From: Planctomycetota bacterium
GTDB lineage: Bacteria > Planctomycetota > UBA8108 > SXIK01
Reading direction: 5' to 3'
Assembly: GCA_965223265.1 (NCBI GenBank)
Contig: OZ244999.1
Location: forward strand, 7,296,001 to 7,360,000
DNA: 64,000 bases
The first letter of the stretch is position 1. Each line of letters opens with the position of its first letter. Positions 19,266 to 29,542 of this stretch are shown here, one piece after another. The position numbers and the translations under genes are program-made. The notes beneath the pieces were generated by a model. That model did not search any database and had not been told where the DNA came from. It saw only the letters and a program-made list of their open reading frames with translations.

Positions 19266-20255
19266 ATGAGTCTATCGCGCTTCCTGTCGCTCTACTGGTT
19301 TCTCATCCTCCTGGTCGTCGCCATCATCCTCGGAACACTGGCGCCGAATGCGGCGCACGTCGTCCGCAGCTCCGGATTTGTCATTCCCACGCTCGTCGGC
19401 GTGACGCTCTTCATCTCCGGCTTTACTCTCGACACCGGGCGCTTGATTCAGCAAGCGACCAACTTTCGCGCGATCGCGCTAGCGACGACGGCCACGTATC
19501 TCGTAGCGCCTCTGGCGGCCTACCTTCTTGCCGGGCTGTGGGCACCCGCATCGGTGGAAAAGAGTCAGCACTTTCTACCGGCACTGATGATCATGGCAGC
19601 GCAGGCGAGCACACTGGCAACGTCGATTGCACTCACCATGGTCGCCGCTGGCAACAAAGAGCTCGCCCTGATTCTGACACTCGCCTCGAGCCTCCTCACC
19701 GTGGTGCTGACTCCGATCATACTCGACGTCAGCCTCGGAGCAGTTGTCGCGTTCGACACGTCGCAAATGATCCGAGACATCGGGCTCGCTGTGGCGCTAC
19801 CCGTTTTTCTCGGTCAGATCGCCCGCCGTTTCCTGTGGAATCTCGCCGCGCCGCTGAAGCGTCCCCTGCGCGTTGTTCCCCAACTGATCATTCTTGTGTT
19901 CGTTTACACAGGATTCGCCAGCGCCGCTACGAAGCTTCAACAAGAGCCGGAGCTGGCGGCACTTTTTTTCGGCGCATGCGCCTCGCTGCATGTCCTTCTT
20001 TTGACCTGGAACTTCTCAGCAGCCCTCCTCTTCAAACTGCCGGCGTCGGACCGAACCGCTTTGGTCTTTTGCGGTTCCCAAAAGACGCTGCCGAACGGCA
20101 TCTTGGTGTGGACGAAGTTTTTTCCAGCCAACCCATACGGCGCCGTGCCTCTCGTCCTCTATCACCTTTGCCAACTCGTCATCGACACGCTACTCGTCCC
20201 TCTTTTCGAGAAGCAGAATGCCGGATCGTCGACGCCACCGCGGCAAACATCCTGA
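19266..20255 (+). CDS. bile acid:sodium symporter family (SBF-like) transporter
   Basis: About 9-10 TM helices; FCGSQKTLPNG and PLVLYHLCQL motifs. Confidence 0.88.
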   Translation: MSLSRFLSLYWFLILLVVAIILGTLAPNAAHVVRSSGFVIPTLVGVTLFISGFTLDTGRLIQQATNFRAIALATTATYLVAPLAAYLLAGLWAPASVEKSQHFLPALMIMAAQASTLATSIALTMVAAGNKELALILTLASSLLTVVLTPIILDVSLGAVVAFDTSQMIRDIGLAVALPVFLGQIARRFLWNLAAPLKRPLRVVPQLIILVFVYTGFASAATKLQQEPELAALFFGACASLHVLLLTWNFSAALLFKLPASDRTALVFCGSQKTLPNGILVWTKFFPANPYGAVPLVLYHLCQLVIDTLLVPLFEKQNAGSSTPPRQTS

Positions 20256-20961
20256 CGACGCGCGGCTGTTCTCCGTCTCGCAGCATGAAGCGCTGCGAGA
20301 CGCCGTGAGTGATCTGTCCTGGCTGCTGACGAGAGACTATGCGACCCCCTCGGCGGTCAAACTCGTCGGTGACCGCTACTCGCTGACCTCGAGGCAGCGA
20401 AACGCGGTCGGCAGGAGCGCCTGCTCCGACGAGTCGCTGGTGACTCGCGCCGCCTCCGAACGTCAGTTGCCCGCGCCGGGTGTCCGTCGAATCCACGTCG
20501 ACGCATACAACGTTCTGATCACCGTCGAGAGCCTGCTGGCAGGAGCCTACTTGTTTCGGGGCCGGGACGGCTGCATTCGAGATGTAGCGAGCCTGCACGG
20601 CACGTACCGTCTTGTCGAGGAGACGCCGCGAGCCCTAGAAGAAATCGGCGCACTCATCCGTCGGCTCGACATCGAAGAAGCGGTCTGGCTTCTCGACGCA
20701 CCCGTGTCAAACTCCGGTCGACTCGCCAGCCAGCTACGAGAGCTCGCAGCGCAGCGGGGTTGGCAATGGTCGGCACACGTGGTGCAGAACCCAGACCGCG
20801 AACTCGTCGCGGCGACATCGGAGCCAGTGGCCAGCACTACAGTGGTCGCGTCGTCAGACAGCTGGGTCCTCGAGCGCTGCGGCGCCTGGTGCAATCTCGT
20901 CGCCCATTTGATCGACGCTCACGCGGGCGATGATCAAGTCATCGATCTCGCTCCGGCTTAA
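20218..20961 (+). CDS. DUF434 domain protein
   Basis: LREAVSDLSWLLTRDY-like start, DAYNVLITVES, DGCIRDVASLHGTY, LDAPVSNSG. Confidence 0.8.
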   Translation: MPDRRRHRGKHPDDARLFSVSQHEALRDAVSDLSWLLTRDYATPSAVKLVGDRYSLTSRQRNAVGRSACSDESLVTRAASERQLPAPGVRRIHVDAYNVLITVESLLAGAYLFRGRDGCIRDVASLHGTYRLVEETPRALEEIGALIRRLDIEEAVWLLDAPVSNSGRLASQLRELAAQRGWQWSAHVVQNPDRELVAATSEPVASTTVVASSDSWVLERCGAWCNLVAHLIDAHAGDDQVIDLAPA

Positions 20962-21071
20962 CAGCCTGTTGAGAATTCGAGCTATGACGGAGCTGGTGCC
21001 GGTTGCCGAGGAGATACTCGCGCCGACTCTTTTCTTTGGGCCACCTGCGTCAGGCTTGCTTCACGGGCCGA

Positions 21072-21194
21072 CTACTTCGACGCTTTCTCTTCCTTTTTGC
21101 GCCGGCGGCGCTTGCTCTTCGGAGAGGGGCGCGTCTTTCCATTCGTACCGCGGCAAATCTTGCTGCGCCGACCGCGAGGATCACCTCGTCCCAT
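21072..21194 (-). CDS. 30S ribosomal protein bTHX (THX) family, 40 aa
   Basis: Hand translation MGRGDPRGRRSKICRGTNGKTRPSPKSKRRRRKKEEKASK*; matches the THX pattern MG(K/R)GD....GKI.RGT.GK.RP; AGGAG RBS upstream; below the ORF-track cutoff. Confidence 0.85.
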   Translation of the reverse strand: MGRGDPRGRRSKICRGTNGKTRPSPKSKRRRRKKEEKASK

Positions 21195-21341
21195 GTCTCA
21201 CTCCTGGTTCTATTGGCTAGTGCAGCGATCAAGGATCGCGCCGATGAGTTCGAAAAGTCGATCGGGCGGAACACCGCACCGACGAACGGTGCCGCGCACC
21301 GAGTCACGCAGCTTAGCCCTGCCGACGGCGCCGCGCAACCG

Positions 21342-21695
21342 TCAAAGAAGCTCCCGAACGTTTTCGGGCGGCCGACCCAGCACCGCCTTGCCGCCGCGCA
21401 GCACGATGGGACGCTCGATGAGGATCGGATTTTCACTCATCAGCTGCAGCCACTCGTCCCGCGTCATGTCGGCGGTCGGCGCGACTCCGAGCTCCTTGAG
21501 CCGCGGTTCCTTCTTGCGCAGCAGTTCCTGGGGCTCAAGGCCCAAGCGCTGGCAGATCTCATCGAGCTGCTGCGGTGTTGGCGGATCTTTGAGGTATTCG
21601 ATGACCTCGACTTCGGCGCCTTCGGCCTCGAGGAGCGAGAAAGTCTGACGGCTCTTGCTGCAGCGCGGATTGTGGTAGATCGTCACCTTCGGCAT
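21342..21695 (-). CDS. arsC: arsenate reductase, glutaredoxin-dependent ArsC family
   Basis: YHNPRCSKSR active site, IEYLKDPP, LIERPIV, LGRPPE. Confidence 0.9.
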   Translation of the reverse strand: MPKVTIYHNPRCSKSRQTFSLLEAEGAEVEVIEYLKDPPTPQQLDEICQRLGLEPQELLRKKEPRLKELGVAPTADMTRDEWLQLMSENPILIERPIVLRGGKAVLGRPPENVRELL

Positions 21696-21828
21696 GTGTC
21701 ACCAATCCCGGTCGCCTCTTGCGTCGCCGTGCTAGCGGCGACCAAACCTGCTCGCCGCGCATGGTAGCCGATCGGCGGCCTCCGCACCAGGCGTCGTCGA
21801 TAACAGAAGGTCGCGGACACGGCGGCGG

Positions 21829-23379
21829 CTACTTCTCGCCCCGATCCTCGTGCAGCTCCTGGCGGCCGTCCAGCCGCACATAGGTATCCTCGTCGATTCT
21901 GCGCGCCCGACCAGCGCCGGCCAGGTACTCGAGCGCCGCACGCGTCGTTCGCTCGGTGAGCTCGAGCATGCGACCATGGACTGAGGGATAGATCACCGCG
22001 GCAATCTCGCCAACAGTGCGTGGTGTCCTGTCCAAGCGCTGAAAGCACTGTTCGATGCGCCGGTGCCGATGCTTGAGCGTCCCCTCGATCAGCTGCGCCG
22101 GCGCTTCAGAGGGCGAGCCGTGCGATGGATAGAGAACCTTAGCGTCGAGGTCACCGATGCGACGCAGCGAATCAAAGTAGTCGGCAAGATCTCCGCCAGG
22201 TGAACCGACGTACATGCTGACGATTGTCGAAACGAGATCACCGACAAGGGCGGAGCCGTGGCGTCGATCGTAGAGCGCGATGTGACCGGCGGCGTGACCG
22301 GGTGTGAACAGAACCTCAAGTTCCCAGCTGCGGCGCCCGTCGGGACTGCGTCCGAGTGCGATCCGGTCCCCGTCCGCGAGCACCCGGTCGACTGGCCGTT
22401 TGAGAAGCTCTGCGGTTGTCGCATGGGCCCAGACCGGAAGCTCGAATTGAGCTGCGACAGCGTCGAGTGCGCCGACATGATCGGGGTGGTGATGCGTCAG
22501 GACAACGGCAAGAGGCGTGTGGCCACGCGCGACGCGGCGCTCGATGACCGCAAGGAGATGTCTCCGCGGCGTCGGTTCTCGAGGTGCGGGGTCGACCACG
22601 ATGAACTCTTCGTCACCGACCAAGAAGGCATTCGTCGGTGTCGTCTCGGGAAGAGGTGGTGTCTTCAGCGGCACGATCTCGTACCCGGGCGCAAACGCCA
22701 CCGCACGATCAGACTCGTCGAACTCGGACGGGCAGGCGCGGAGCGTCTGGATCGCCTCGTCGAGCGGCCGCGATAAAAACTCCTCGAGCACCGCGACGAT
22801 GGGCGCAGCCAGTTTGATCTCTCCTCCGCGCCACGCGGCGAGCGCCGCCGAAGGCCGAAACCAGCCGCCGCTGGTGAGCTCACCGTCGACGATGGACGGC
22901 GCCGCCGGCCGGCGCGTCAGAAAGAACGTTGTGTCATAACGACGCCGCGAGAACTTCGGCGTCACAAGCCGAGTCAGTGTTTCGACGTCTACGCGCGCCA
23001 ATTTGTAGCCTGCAGACTCGACAAAATCCCAAAAGAGAGAGGCATCTGCGTCCACCGCAAGTAGCTTGTGCCGCAGCTCAGACAGCGCAGCAGCGGTGAC
23101 CTCGCACAGCTGAGGCTCGTCGAGGAGGAGCACGCCGGTCTCCTCGAACAACTCGCGGATGGCGCACGCAAGCACAAGATCCTCGTCAGCCCGCGTCAGG
23201 CCAAGCCGCCCGGCGTCTTCGTTCTCGGTGCAGCCGCCGGGAAACGCGTAGCAGCCCGCAAACGCCCTGAGGCGCGCAGAGCGCTCAACAAGGAAGACCT
23301 CAAGGTCATCGGCGTGTCCCGACAACACCGTCCCGCCCGCGAGTGGGCGAATCAGAACTACCAGCGCGGAGCGAAGCAT
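21829..23379 (-). CDS. NUDIX + metallo-beta-lactamase (LACTB2-like) fusion
   Basis: NUDIX FPGG...AIRELFEETGV, RRYDTTFF; MBL THHHPDHVG, TPGHAAGH, GD, PSHG; C-terminal winged-helix-like segment. Confidence 0.88.
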   Translation of the reverse strand: MLRSALVVLIRPLAGGTVLSGHADDLEVFLVERSARLRAFAGCYAFPGGCTENEDAGRLGLTRADEDLVLACAIRELFEETGVLLLDEPQLCEVTAAALSELRHKLLAVDADASLFWDFVESAGYKLARVDVETLTRLVTPKFSRRRYDTTFFLTRRPAAPSIVDGELTSGGWFRPSAALAAWRGGEIKLAAPIVAVLEEFLSRPLDEAIQTLRACPSEFDESDRAVAFAPGYEIVPLKTPPLPETTPTNAFLVGDEEFIVVDPAPREPTPRRHLLAVIERRVARGHTPLAVVLTHHHPDHVGALDAVAAQFELPVWAHATTAELLKRPVDRVLADGDRIALGRSPDGRRSWELEVLFTPGHAAGHIALYDRRHGSALVGDLVSTIVSMYVGSPGGDLADYFDSLRRIGDLDAKVLYPSHGSPSEAPAQLIEGTLKHRHRRIEQCFQRLDRTPRTVGEIAAVIYPSVHGRMLELTERTTRAALEYLAGAGRARRIDEDTYVRLDGRQELHEDRGEK

Positions 23380-23387
23380 GTTGAGCC

Positions 23388-24656
23388 TCAGCGGAAGCGG
23401 CGACGAAAGAGCGCGAAGATCTCCTTTGCACGCTCGATCTGTGCGGAGCGTTCGGAAGTTTGAAGCGGCGCGGACGGCGGTGAGGCGCCCTCACCATGAC
23501 ACTGGGAACAATTCCTCGAGGCGTCCGATTCGGCCATGACCAGTTCGGTCATGACATGAGTCAGCTCGCGCGCCGACTTGGCGGCGACGCCCGCCTCACC
23601 CACGGCCTCACCAGGAATCTTGGAGGCGATCTCCGAGACACACTCCGAAGAGCTCTGGCGCCATGGAGGCTCGCCGCGACGCCACCTCGTGCGGTCAAAC
23701 TGCCACACCGCCCAGCGCCGCCCAGCGCCATAGCCTTCGAGGATCAAACACTCACTTGGCAGGGGCAAAAAGAGAGGCCTACCCTCAGGCGACTGGGCAA
23801 CGCGCAGGCGCAGGATCGCCCGCACGTCGTCCGCGCCGCTCACGTCGCGTCGCCGCAGCGCGATCGTCCACCGCAAGTCGGCAGGGTTGAGCAGGTGCTC
23901 GGCGGGAAGCCGCGGAAAATTGATCTCCCAACTGCCTCTGGTTAGTGGCGGGGGCGCTGGCGATACGAACGTTGGCGCGGCGATCTGCAAAGCGGTGGCG
24001 CTCACGACCTCTGCCGCCTTCTCCAGAGTGAGACGTCGAAGTCGATCGAGGTCAGGCGCCGCTGTGTTCAGGTCGGTTTCGAGACCGTTTTCGCTCTCGG
24101 GATGAAGCCCTGCACGCAGTGGCCCCTGCGACGCCAGCAGATGCGCGAAAGCAAGTACGTCGCAGTGAAAGAGAAGCGACGCGCCATTGGCCCCGGGCGA
24201 CCCGGCGACGGCACGATCGGACGCCAGATCGTCACCGATTTCTGCGAGGAGCGCGGCGAGCTCGGCGAAGTCTTCGGGACTGTACTCGCCGGCCCAAGGG
24301 GTCGGACGGTCTGCCGGGGCCGGTGCGTCCTCCGACGATGAGCCAGCGTCCATTGGACTTGGGCCACCGACCGCCGCAGCCGCCGCGGCAGCGCCCTCTT
24401 GAAGTCGCTGGCGACGCCGAAACGCGCGCTGAAACCATCGATTCCGTGCGTCTGCCGCATTGTCAGCATAGATTGGTAACAGCCACTGCGACGACGGCGA
24501 CGGCGACGATGGCAACCGCGGTGGAATCTCGTAGCACGAGGCGAGAAGAGTCACGCTCAACGAAATCGCCGCGGCTCTCAGCCACAGGCAAGCAGGAGCA
24601 AGACGAGCCAGGCGGCGCCGGCACAGCTGAGGTGGAGACGTTCCGGATTCCCTCAT
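23388..24656 (-). CDS. hypothetical lipoprotein with C-terminal CxxCH (putative c-type cytochrome)
   Basis: Lipobox-like LLASC after a hydrophobic stretch; CSQCH near the C-terminus; stop 8 bp before the NUDIX-MBL start. Confidence 0.5.
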   Translation of the reverse strand: MRESGTSPPQLCRRRLARLAPACLWLRAAAISLSVTLLASCYEIPPRLPSSPSPSSQWLLPIYADNAADARNRWFQRAFRRRQRLQEGAAAAAAAVGGPSPMDAGSSSEDAPAPADRPTPWAGEYSPEDFAELAALLAEIGDDLASDRAVAGSPGANGASLLFHCDVLAFAHLLASQGPLRAGLHPESENGLETDLNTAAPDLDRLRRLTLEKAAEVVSATALQIAAPTFVSPAPPPLTRGSWEINFPRLPAEHLLNPADLRWTIALRRRDVSGADDVRAILRLRVAQSPEGRPLFLPLPSECLILEGYGAGRRWAVWQFDRTRWRRGEPPWRQSSSECVSEIASKIPGEAVGEAGVAAKSARELTHVMTELVMAESDASRNCSQCHGEGASPPSAPLQTSERSAQIERAKEIFALFRRRFR

Positions 24657-24750
24657 GATCTTCAGAAACAGCGGCTGGGAAACGATAAAAAGAAGTCCGG
24701 TGTACCGGGAAAGAGCCGATCGCCCCTGAGAGACTGAGGAGTTCGCTTTC

Positions 24751-25608
24751 ATGACGCCACGAGCACGGAGGAGCCTCTCGCCCGACGAGTTCGTTCTCTC
24801 AGTCATCATTCCCGTTTACAACGAGAGAGAGACTGTCACCGAGCTCATCGCTCGCGTCAAGGGGGCGCCGTTCAAGAAGCAGATTGTCGTCGTCGATGAC
24901 GCCTCCTCGGATGGCACGCAAGAGCAGCTGCAACAACTCGACACGGCCGGAGAAATCGATCATCTCATTCTGCACGAGCGGAATCGAGGCAAAGGCGCCG
25001 CTCTCCGCTCGGGCTTCGCCGCCGCGCAGGGTGACGTGGTCTTGATCCAAGACGCCGACCTCGAATACGACCCGGCGGAATACCCCAAGCTTCTACAGCC
25101 GTTCTTCGAGGGCCGCGCAGACGTCGTTTACGGCTCACGTTTTCTCACCGGCATGGCGCACCGCGTCCTGTTCTTCTGGCACATGCTGGCCAACAAGAGT
25201 TTGACGCTCCTCTCCAACATGTTCACGAATCTCAACCTGACCGACATGGAGACTTGCTACAAAGTCTTTCGGCGGGAGGTGATTCAGGCGATCGAGCTCA
25301 AGGAGGACCGCTTCGGTTTCGAGCCGGAGGTCACGGCCAAGGTAGCGAAGCTTCGTTGCCGCATTTACGAAGTCGGCATCTCCTACGACGGACGGAGCTA
25401 CGGCGAAGGCAAGAAGATCGGCTGGAAGGACGCGGTGTCCGCGTTTATCTGCGTTCTACGCTACAACCTCTTCTATCGCCCCTCGAAGAGCATCGACGAA
25501 ATCCTCGGCACGTCGGCAGGCGGCGACGAACAGCAGTCGGATAGCGACTCCAGCGCTACCGGCGACGAAAGCGGCGTCACCGCGTTCGATACCCGGACGG
25601 CGAACTGA
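24751..25608 (+). CDS. glycosyltransferase family 2 (DPM1/polyprenol-phosphate glycosyltransferase-like)
   Basis: [60 protein letters not shown]. Confidence 0.93.
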   Translation: MTPRARRSLSPDEFVLSVIIPVYNERETVTELIARVKGAPFKKQIVVVDDASSDGTQEQLQQLDTAGEIDHLILHERNRGKGAALRSGFAAAQGDVVLIQDADLEYDPAEYPKLLQPFFEGRADVVYGSRFLTGMAHRVLFFWHMLANKSLTLLSNMFTNLNLTDMETCYKVFRREVIQAIELKEDRFGFEPEVTAKVAKLRCRIYEVGISYDGRSYGEGKKIGWKDAVSAFICVLRYNLFYRPSKSIDEILGTSAGGDEQQSDSDSSATGDESGVTAFDTRTAN

Positions 25609-25756
25609 TCGGCCATCGTCGCATCCCAGCTCGCGCAGCGCTGGGTAGCCTTGATCGGCCTCGTTGCCGCGGCTACCATGGCCCAGCCCACGAGCTCCCC
25701 ACGGCATTCACAGCGTGTTGAGCTCGGTCACAGCTGAATATGGAGATGGTGTCCCG

Positions 25757-26716
25757 ATGAAAACACTTGTTTCATGCACACTCTGCCTTGGGCTTCTTGG
25801 CGCGGTTCTCGTCGCAGGCTGCCAGCCGAGCGACAGTGGCCGGCCCCAACTCGCCTTCGTGACGAACAACCCGAGCGACTTCTGGAAGTTCGCGCGCGCC
25901 GGCATTCGCAAAGCGGAAAAAGAGTTCGGTGTCGACGTGGAGTTTCTAACCCCAGGCGATGGCACGGCAGGACGTCAGCGAACGCTCATCGAGACGGAAA
26001 TCGCCCGCGGCAAGCAGGGTATGGCGGTGAGCGTTCTCGATCCCAAGGGTGCAATCGACTTGTTGAACGAAGCCGCCAAGAAGATGCATGTTGTTACGCA
26101 AGATTCCGATTGCCCCGAGTCGAACCGGCGCGCATACATCGGCACGAACAATGTCGACGCTGGTCGCGTCGCGGGCGAAGAGATCGTCAAGGCGCTTCCT
26201 GAAGGCGGCAACGTTGTTCTTTTCGTGGGCAAGCTCGACGTGGCGAACGCGCGCGAACGCCGACAGGGCATCATCGAAGCCACGAAAGATCACGGCGTCA
26301 AGATCTTAGAGACGTTTACCGACGAGGGGGATCGACCGCGAGCGCAGCAAAACGTGCGCAATGCGCTGAACAAGTACCAGGACGTGGATGCTTTGGTCGG
26401 GCTGTGGGAATACAATCCGCCGGCAATCATTCGCGTCGTCAAGGAGAAGAAGCTCGAAGGCAAGATCAAGATCGTTGGCTTCGACGAAAACGATGCCACA
26501 CTGCAGGCGATCGAAGACGGCGTCGTCGAATCGACCGTCGTCCAGCAGCCCTACGAGTTCGGATACCAGTCAATCCGCACGCTCTCTCGCCTGATTCGAA
26601 ACGAAGACCCAGAGATTCCCGCGAATGGCCTTCTCTATATCCCCGTGAAAGTCATCAACAAGTCGAACGTCAAAGAGTTCCGCAAGTCTGTGGCGGAGAT
26701 GCTTGCCGAAGGTTGA
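25757..26716 (+). CDS. sugar ABC transporter substrate-binding lipoprotein (RbsB-like)
   Basis: Lipobox VAGC; YIGTNNVDAG; KIVGFD; VVQQPYEFGY. Confidence 0.92.
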   Translation: MKTLVSCTLCLGLLGAVLVAGCQPSDSGRPQLAFVTNNPSDFWKFARAGIRKAEKEFGVDVEFLTPGDGTAGRQRTLIETEIARGKQGMAVSVLDPKGAIDLLNEAAKKMHVVTQDSDCPESNRRAYIGTNNVDAGRVAGEEIVKALPEGGNVVLFVGKLDVANARERRQGIIEATKDHGVKILETFTDEGDRPRAQQNVRNALNKYQDVDALVGLWEYNPPAIIRVVKEKKLEGKIKIVGFDENDATLQAIEDGVVESTVVQQPYEFGYQSIRTLSRLIRNEDPEIPANGLLYIPVKVINKSNVKEFRKSVAEMLAEG

Positions 26717-26824
26717 CACGGACGACCTGAGCCTCCCGCGCCGCCGGTGCCCAGCTGCCTTCTCTCATCATCTCATGTCGATCTGATGCCAAACTCTTCG
26801 GAGCCATGTGACCGAGCGGCAACG

Positions 26825-28351
26825 ATGGGTGGCCGTTCGCGACCACCCGTCCTGAGAGTGTCGCGCGTCGACAAACACTTCCCCGGGGTGCAGGCACTCA
26901 AAGCCGTGTCACTCGAGGTATTCGCCGGTGAGGTGTTGGCGCTCATAGGCGAAAACGGCGCTGGCAAGAGCACGTTGATAAAGATCATCGGCGGCATCTA
27001 TCAACCCGACAGTGGCACGCTGGAGATTGAGGGCCGCGAGGTGCAGTTCCGAAGCGTCCAAGAGTCCCAGCGCGCTGGCATCGCGGTCATCCATCAAGAA
27101 CTCAACCTCGTCGAAAACTTAAGCATCGCTGAGAATATTTACCTTGGTCGACAGCCCCGGCGCACGCGCTGGGGCCTGCAGGACCGACGCGCGCTCGAGC
27201 GCGGCGCGGCGAATGCGCTCGAGCGCGTTGGCCTGGATGTCTCCCCATCGACGCGACTCGATCGACTCAGTCCGGGCCAGAAGCAACTCGTCGAGATCGC
27301 CAAATCGCTGTCACAGGACGCGAAGCTGCTGATCTTTGATGAACCGACGAGTTCTTTGTCGACGCGCGAATCAGAACGCCTCTTCGCACTCATCGACGAG
27401 CTCCGAAATCGTGGCCTGGCCGTCGTCTATATTTCTCATCGGCTCGGCGAGATTTCGCGACTCTCGAAGCGTGTTCAAGTGCTGCGAGACGGTGAGGAAG
27501 CGGGCTTTCTTCACGGCGACGAAATCACGCACGAGGCGATGGTGCGTCTTATGGTCGGTCGACAAATCTCCAGTCACTTCGGACACGAACGCAGAGAGAC
27601 GTTGTCGCGTCGTGTCGTTCTCTCCGTGCGAGATCTTCGGCTGCCCAGCGTACCGCATGCTGTCTCGCTTGACGTCCACGAGGGCGAGATCCTTGGCCTC
27701 GGCGGCTTGGTCGGAGCCGGTCGGAGCGAACTCGTCCGTGCGATTTTCGGCGTCGACCCGATCGAGAGCGGCGAGGTCTACGTCGATGGCGAGCCTGTCC
27801 CGTGTCACTCGCCGCGGCAAGCCATCGCCGCGGGAATCCTGTTGGTACCGGAGGATCGTAAGACGCAAGGACTCATCGTCGACCTGAACGTGGGCGACAA
27901 TGTTACACTTGCCGCCTTGGCGCGGCTCGGCAGGTTCGGGATCCGCCGCCCGCGCCGTGAAGCCGACGCGGCGGCGGCGGAGGTGACGCGCCTCGGCGTA
28001 CGCCCGGCGCGTTTGAGCACGGTTGTGAAGAACCTCAGTGGAGGCAACCAGCAAAAGATCGTTCTCGGCAAGTGGCTGTCGATGGGAGGACGCGTCCTCA
28101 TCCTCGATGAGCCGACGCGCGGCGTCGACGTCGGTGCGAAGGAAGAGATCTACCACCTGATGTCGGAACTGGCTCGCGATGGGCTCGGCATCCTCATGGT
28201 GAGCTCGGAGATGGAAGAGCTCATCGCCATGAGCGACCGGATCGTCGTGCTTCACGAGCGACGTTTGGCTGGCGAGCTCTGCGGCGACGAAATGACCGAA
28301 GAGAACGTGTTGACCCTCGGCACAGGCGGCTTTTTGGGTGCTCGGCCATGA
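26825..28351 (+). CDS. sugar ABC transporter ATP-binding protein (RbsA/MglA-like)
   Basis: GENGAGKST, DEPT twice, LSGGNQQK, PEDRK; ORF open from 26747, start uncertain. Confidence 0.94.
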   Translation: MGGRSRPPVLRVSRVDKHFPGVQALKAVSLEVFAGEVLALIGENGAGKSTLIKIIGGIYQPDSGTLEIEGREVQFRSVQESQRAGIAVIHQELNLVENLSIAENIYLGRQPRRTRWGLQDRRALERGAANALERVGLDVSPSTRLDRLSPGQKQLVEIAKSLSQDAKLLIFDEPTSSLSTRESERLFALIDELRNRGLAVVYISHRLGEISRLSKRVQVLRDGEEAGFLHGDEITHEAMVRLMVGRQISSHFGHERRETLSRRVVLSVRDLRLPSVPHAVSLDVHEGEILGLGGLVGAGRSELVRAIFGVDPIESGEVYVDGEPVPCHSPRQAIAAGILLVPEDRKTQGLIVDLNVGDNVTLAALARLGRFGIRRPRREADAAAAEVTRLGVRPARLSTVVKNLSGGNQQKIVLGKWLSMGGRVLILDEPTRGVDVGAKEEIYHLMSELARDGLGILMVSSEMEELIAMSDRIVVLHERRLAGELCGDEMTEENVLTLGTGGFLGARP

Positions 28352-29352
28352 AAGCGCGGAGATCCCCCAGCGCCGACAACTCAGAGCGCCGGTTCTCGGA
28401 CGTCACCGTGCAGGTTTGGGGCATGGCGGCTCTTCTCCTCGGTCTGGTCGTGATCTCGTGGCTGACCGATCCACGTTTTCTCAGCGCCTACAACCTGCAG
28501 ACGATGAGTCGTGAAATCGCCATCTTGGCGCTTTTCGCCATCGGCCAGGGGATCGTCATCATCGCCGGAGGCATCGACCTCTCCGTGGGCTCGATTGTTT
28601 GCTTCGTTGGTCTCAATACGATCACGTTTCTGGCGCCGGAGTACGGCTACGGCTGGCCCGTTTTCGCGGTTCTGGCCGCAGCGCTATTCTTCAGCACCTC
28701 CCTCGGTGCGCTGCACGGTGTTCTCGTTTGCCATCTAAGACTGCAACCGTTCATGGTGACCCTATGTTCCTTGTTGATCTACCGCAGCCTCGCCCGCGGC
28801 GTCAGCGACGACCAGACACGAGCCTATCGCGCGGTCGACCTCGAACTGTTCAGCTCACTCGGCCGCGACATGGTTCTTCACGTCCCCGTTCCCGTGTGGA
28901 TCCTCTTGGGGACCGGGATCGTGTTGGCGATGTTCATGAACTTCGTCGTCTACGGGCGGTACCTGTTCGCCATCGGCTACAACCTCGAGGCCGCCCGCTT
29001 CTCCGGAGTGCGCACGCACACTCTCCGGGTCGCCACCTTCGCGCTGAGCGGGTTTCTCGCCGGACTTGCGGGGATTCTCGAGGCCAGCCAGATCGGTAGC
29101 GTCGCACCATCGACCTCAGGGTTAGCCTATGAGCTCCACGGCATCACCGCCGCGGTGCTGGGTGGCTGCGCGCTGCGCGGAGGCCAAGGCTCGATCATCG
29201 GCATCATCATCGGCGCCGCAATTCTCAAAGTCATGCAGCGGATGATCGTCTTCCTTGGACTTGGGACCCACTGGACCGACGCTGTGATCGGCTCAGTGCT
29301 CCTCGTCGCGGTGGTGACCGACTCGCTGGTCAAGCGACGGCGAGGAACGTAG
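28348..29352 (+). CDS. sugar ABC transporter permease (RbsC-like)
   Basis: GGIDLSVGS, EAARFSGV, YEL.GITAAVLGG; ATGA overlap with the ATPase. Confidence 0.93.
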   Translation: MKARRSPSADNSERRFSDVTVQVWGMAALLLGLVVISWLTDPRFLSAYNLQTMSREIAILALFAIGQGIVIIAGGIDLSVGSIVCFVGLNTITFLAPEYGYGWPVFAVLAAALFFSTSLGALHGVLVCHLRLQPFMVTLCSLLIYRSLARGVSDDQTRAYRAVDLELFSSLGRDMVLHVPVPVWILLGTGIVLAMFMNFVVYGRYLFAIGYNLEAARFSGVRTHTLRVATFALSGFLAGLAGILEASQIGSVAPSTSGLAYELHGITAAVLGGCALRGGQGSIIGIIIGAAILKVMQRMIVFLGLGTHWTDAVIGSVLLVAVVTDSLVKRRRGT

Positions 29353-29378
29353 GCTGTAGGGGCAGCCTGCTAAGCTAA

Positions 29379-29537
29379 CAGCCTGTTGAAAAAGTGCTTC
29401 GAGTCGAAAACTGGTCGCTTCGCGTCCAGATCGGCCGCGGCGAACGTAGGTAATCTCCGAGATTTTCGAGGCTCGCCGCGGTCGATCTGGGCGTGAAGAG
29501 GCCAGTTTCTCGGCCGAATGACTTTTTCAACGGGCTG
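29379..29537. mobile_element. family A element, copy 3 (159 bp)
   Basis: CAGCCTGTTGAAAAAGT...ACTTTTTCAACGGGCTG flanked on both sides by CTAAGCTAA; lies between convergent genes. Confidence 0.85.
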
Positions 29538-29542
29538 CTAAG

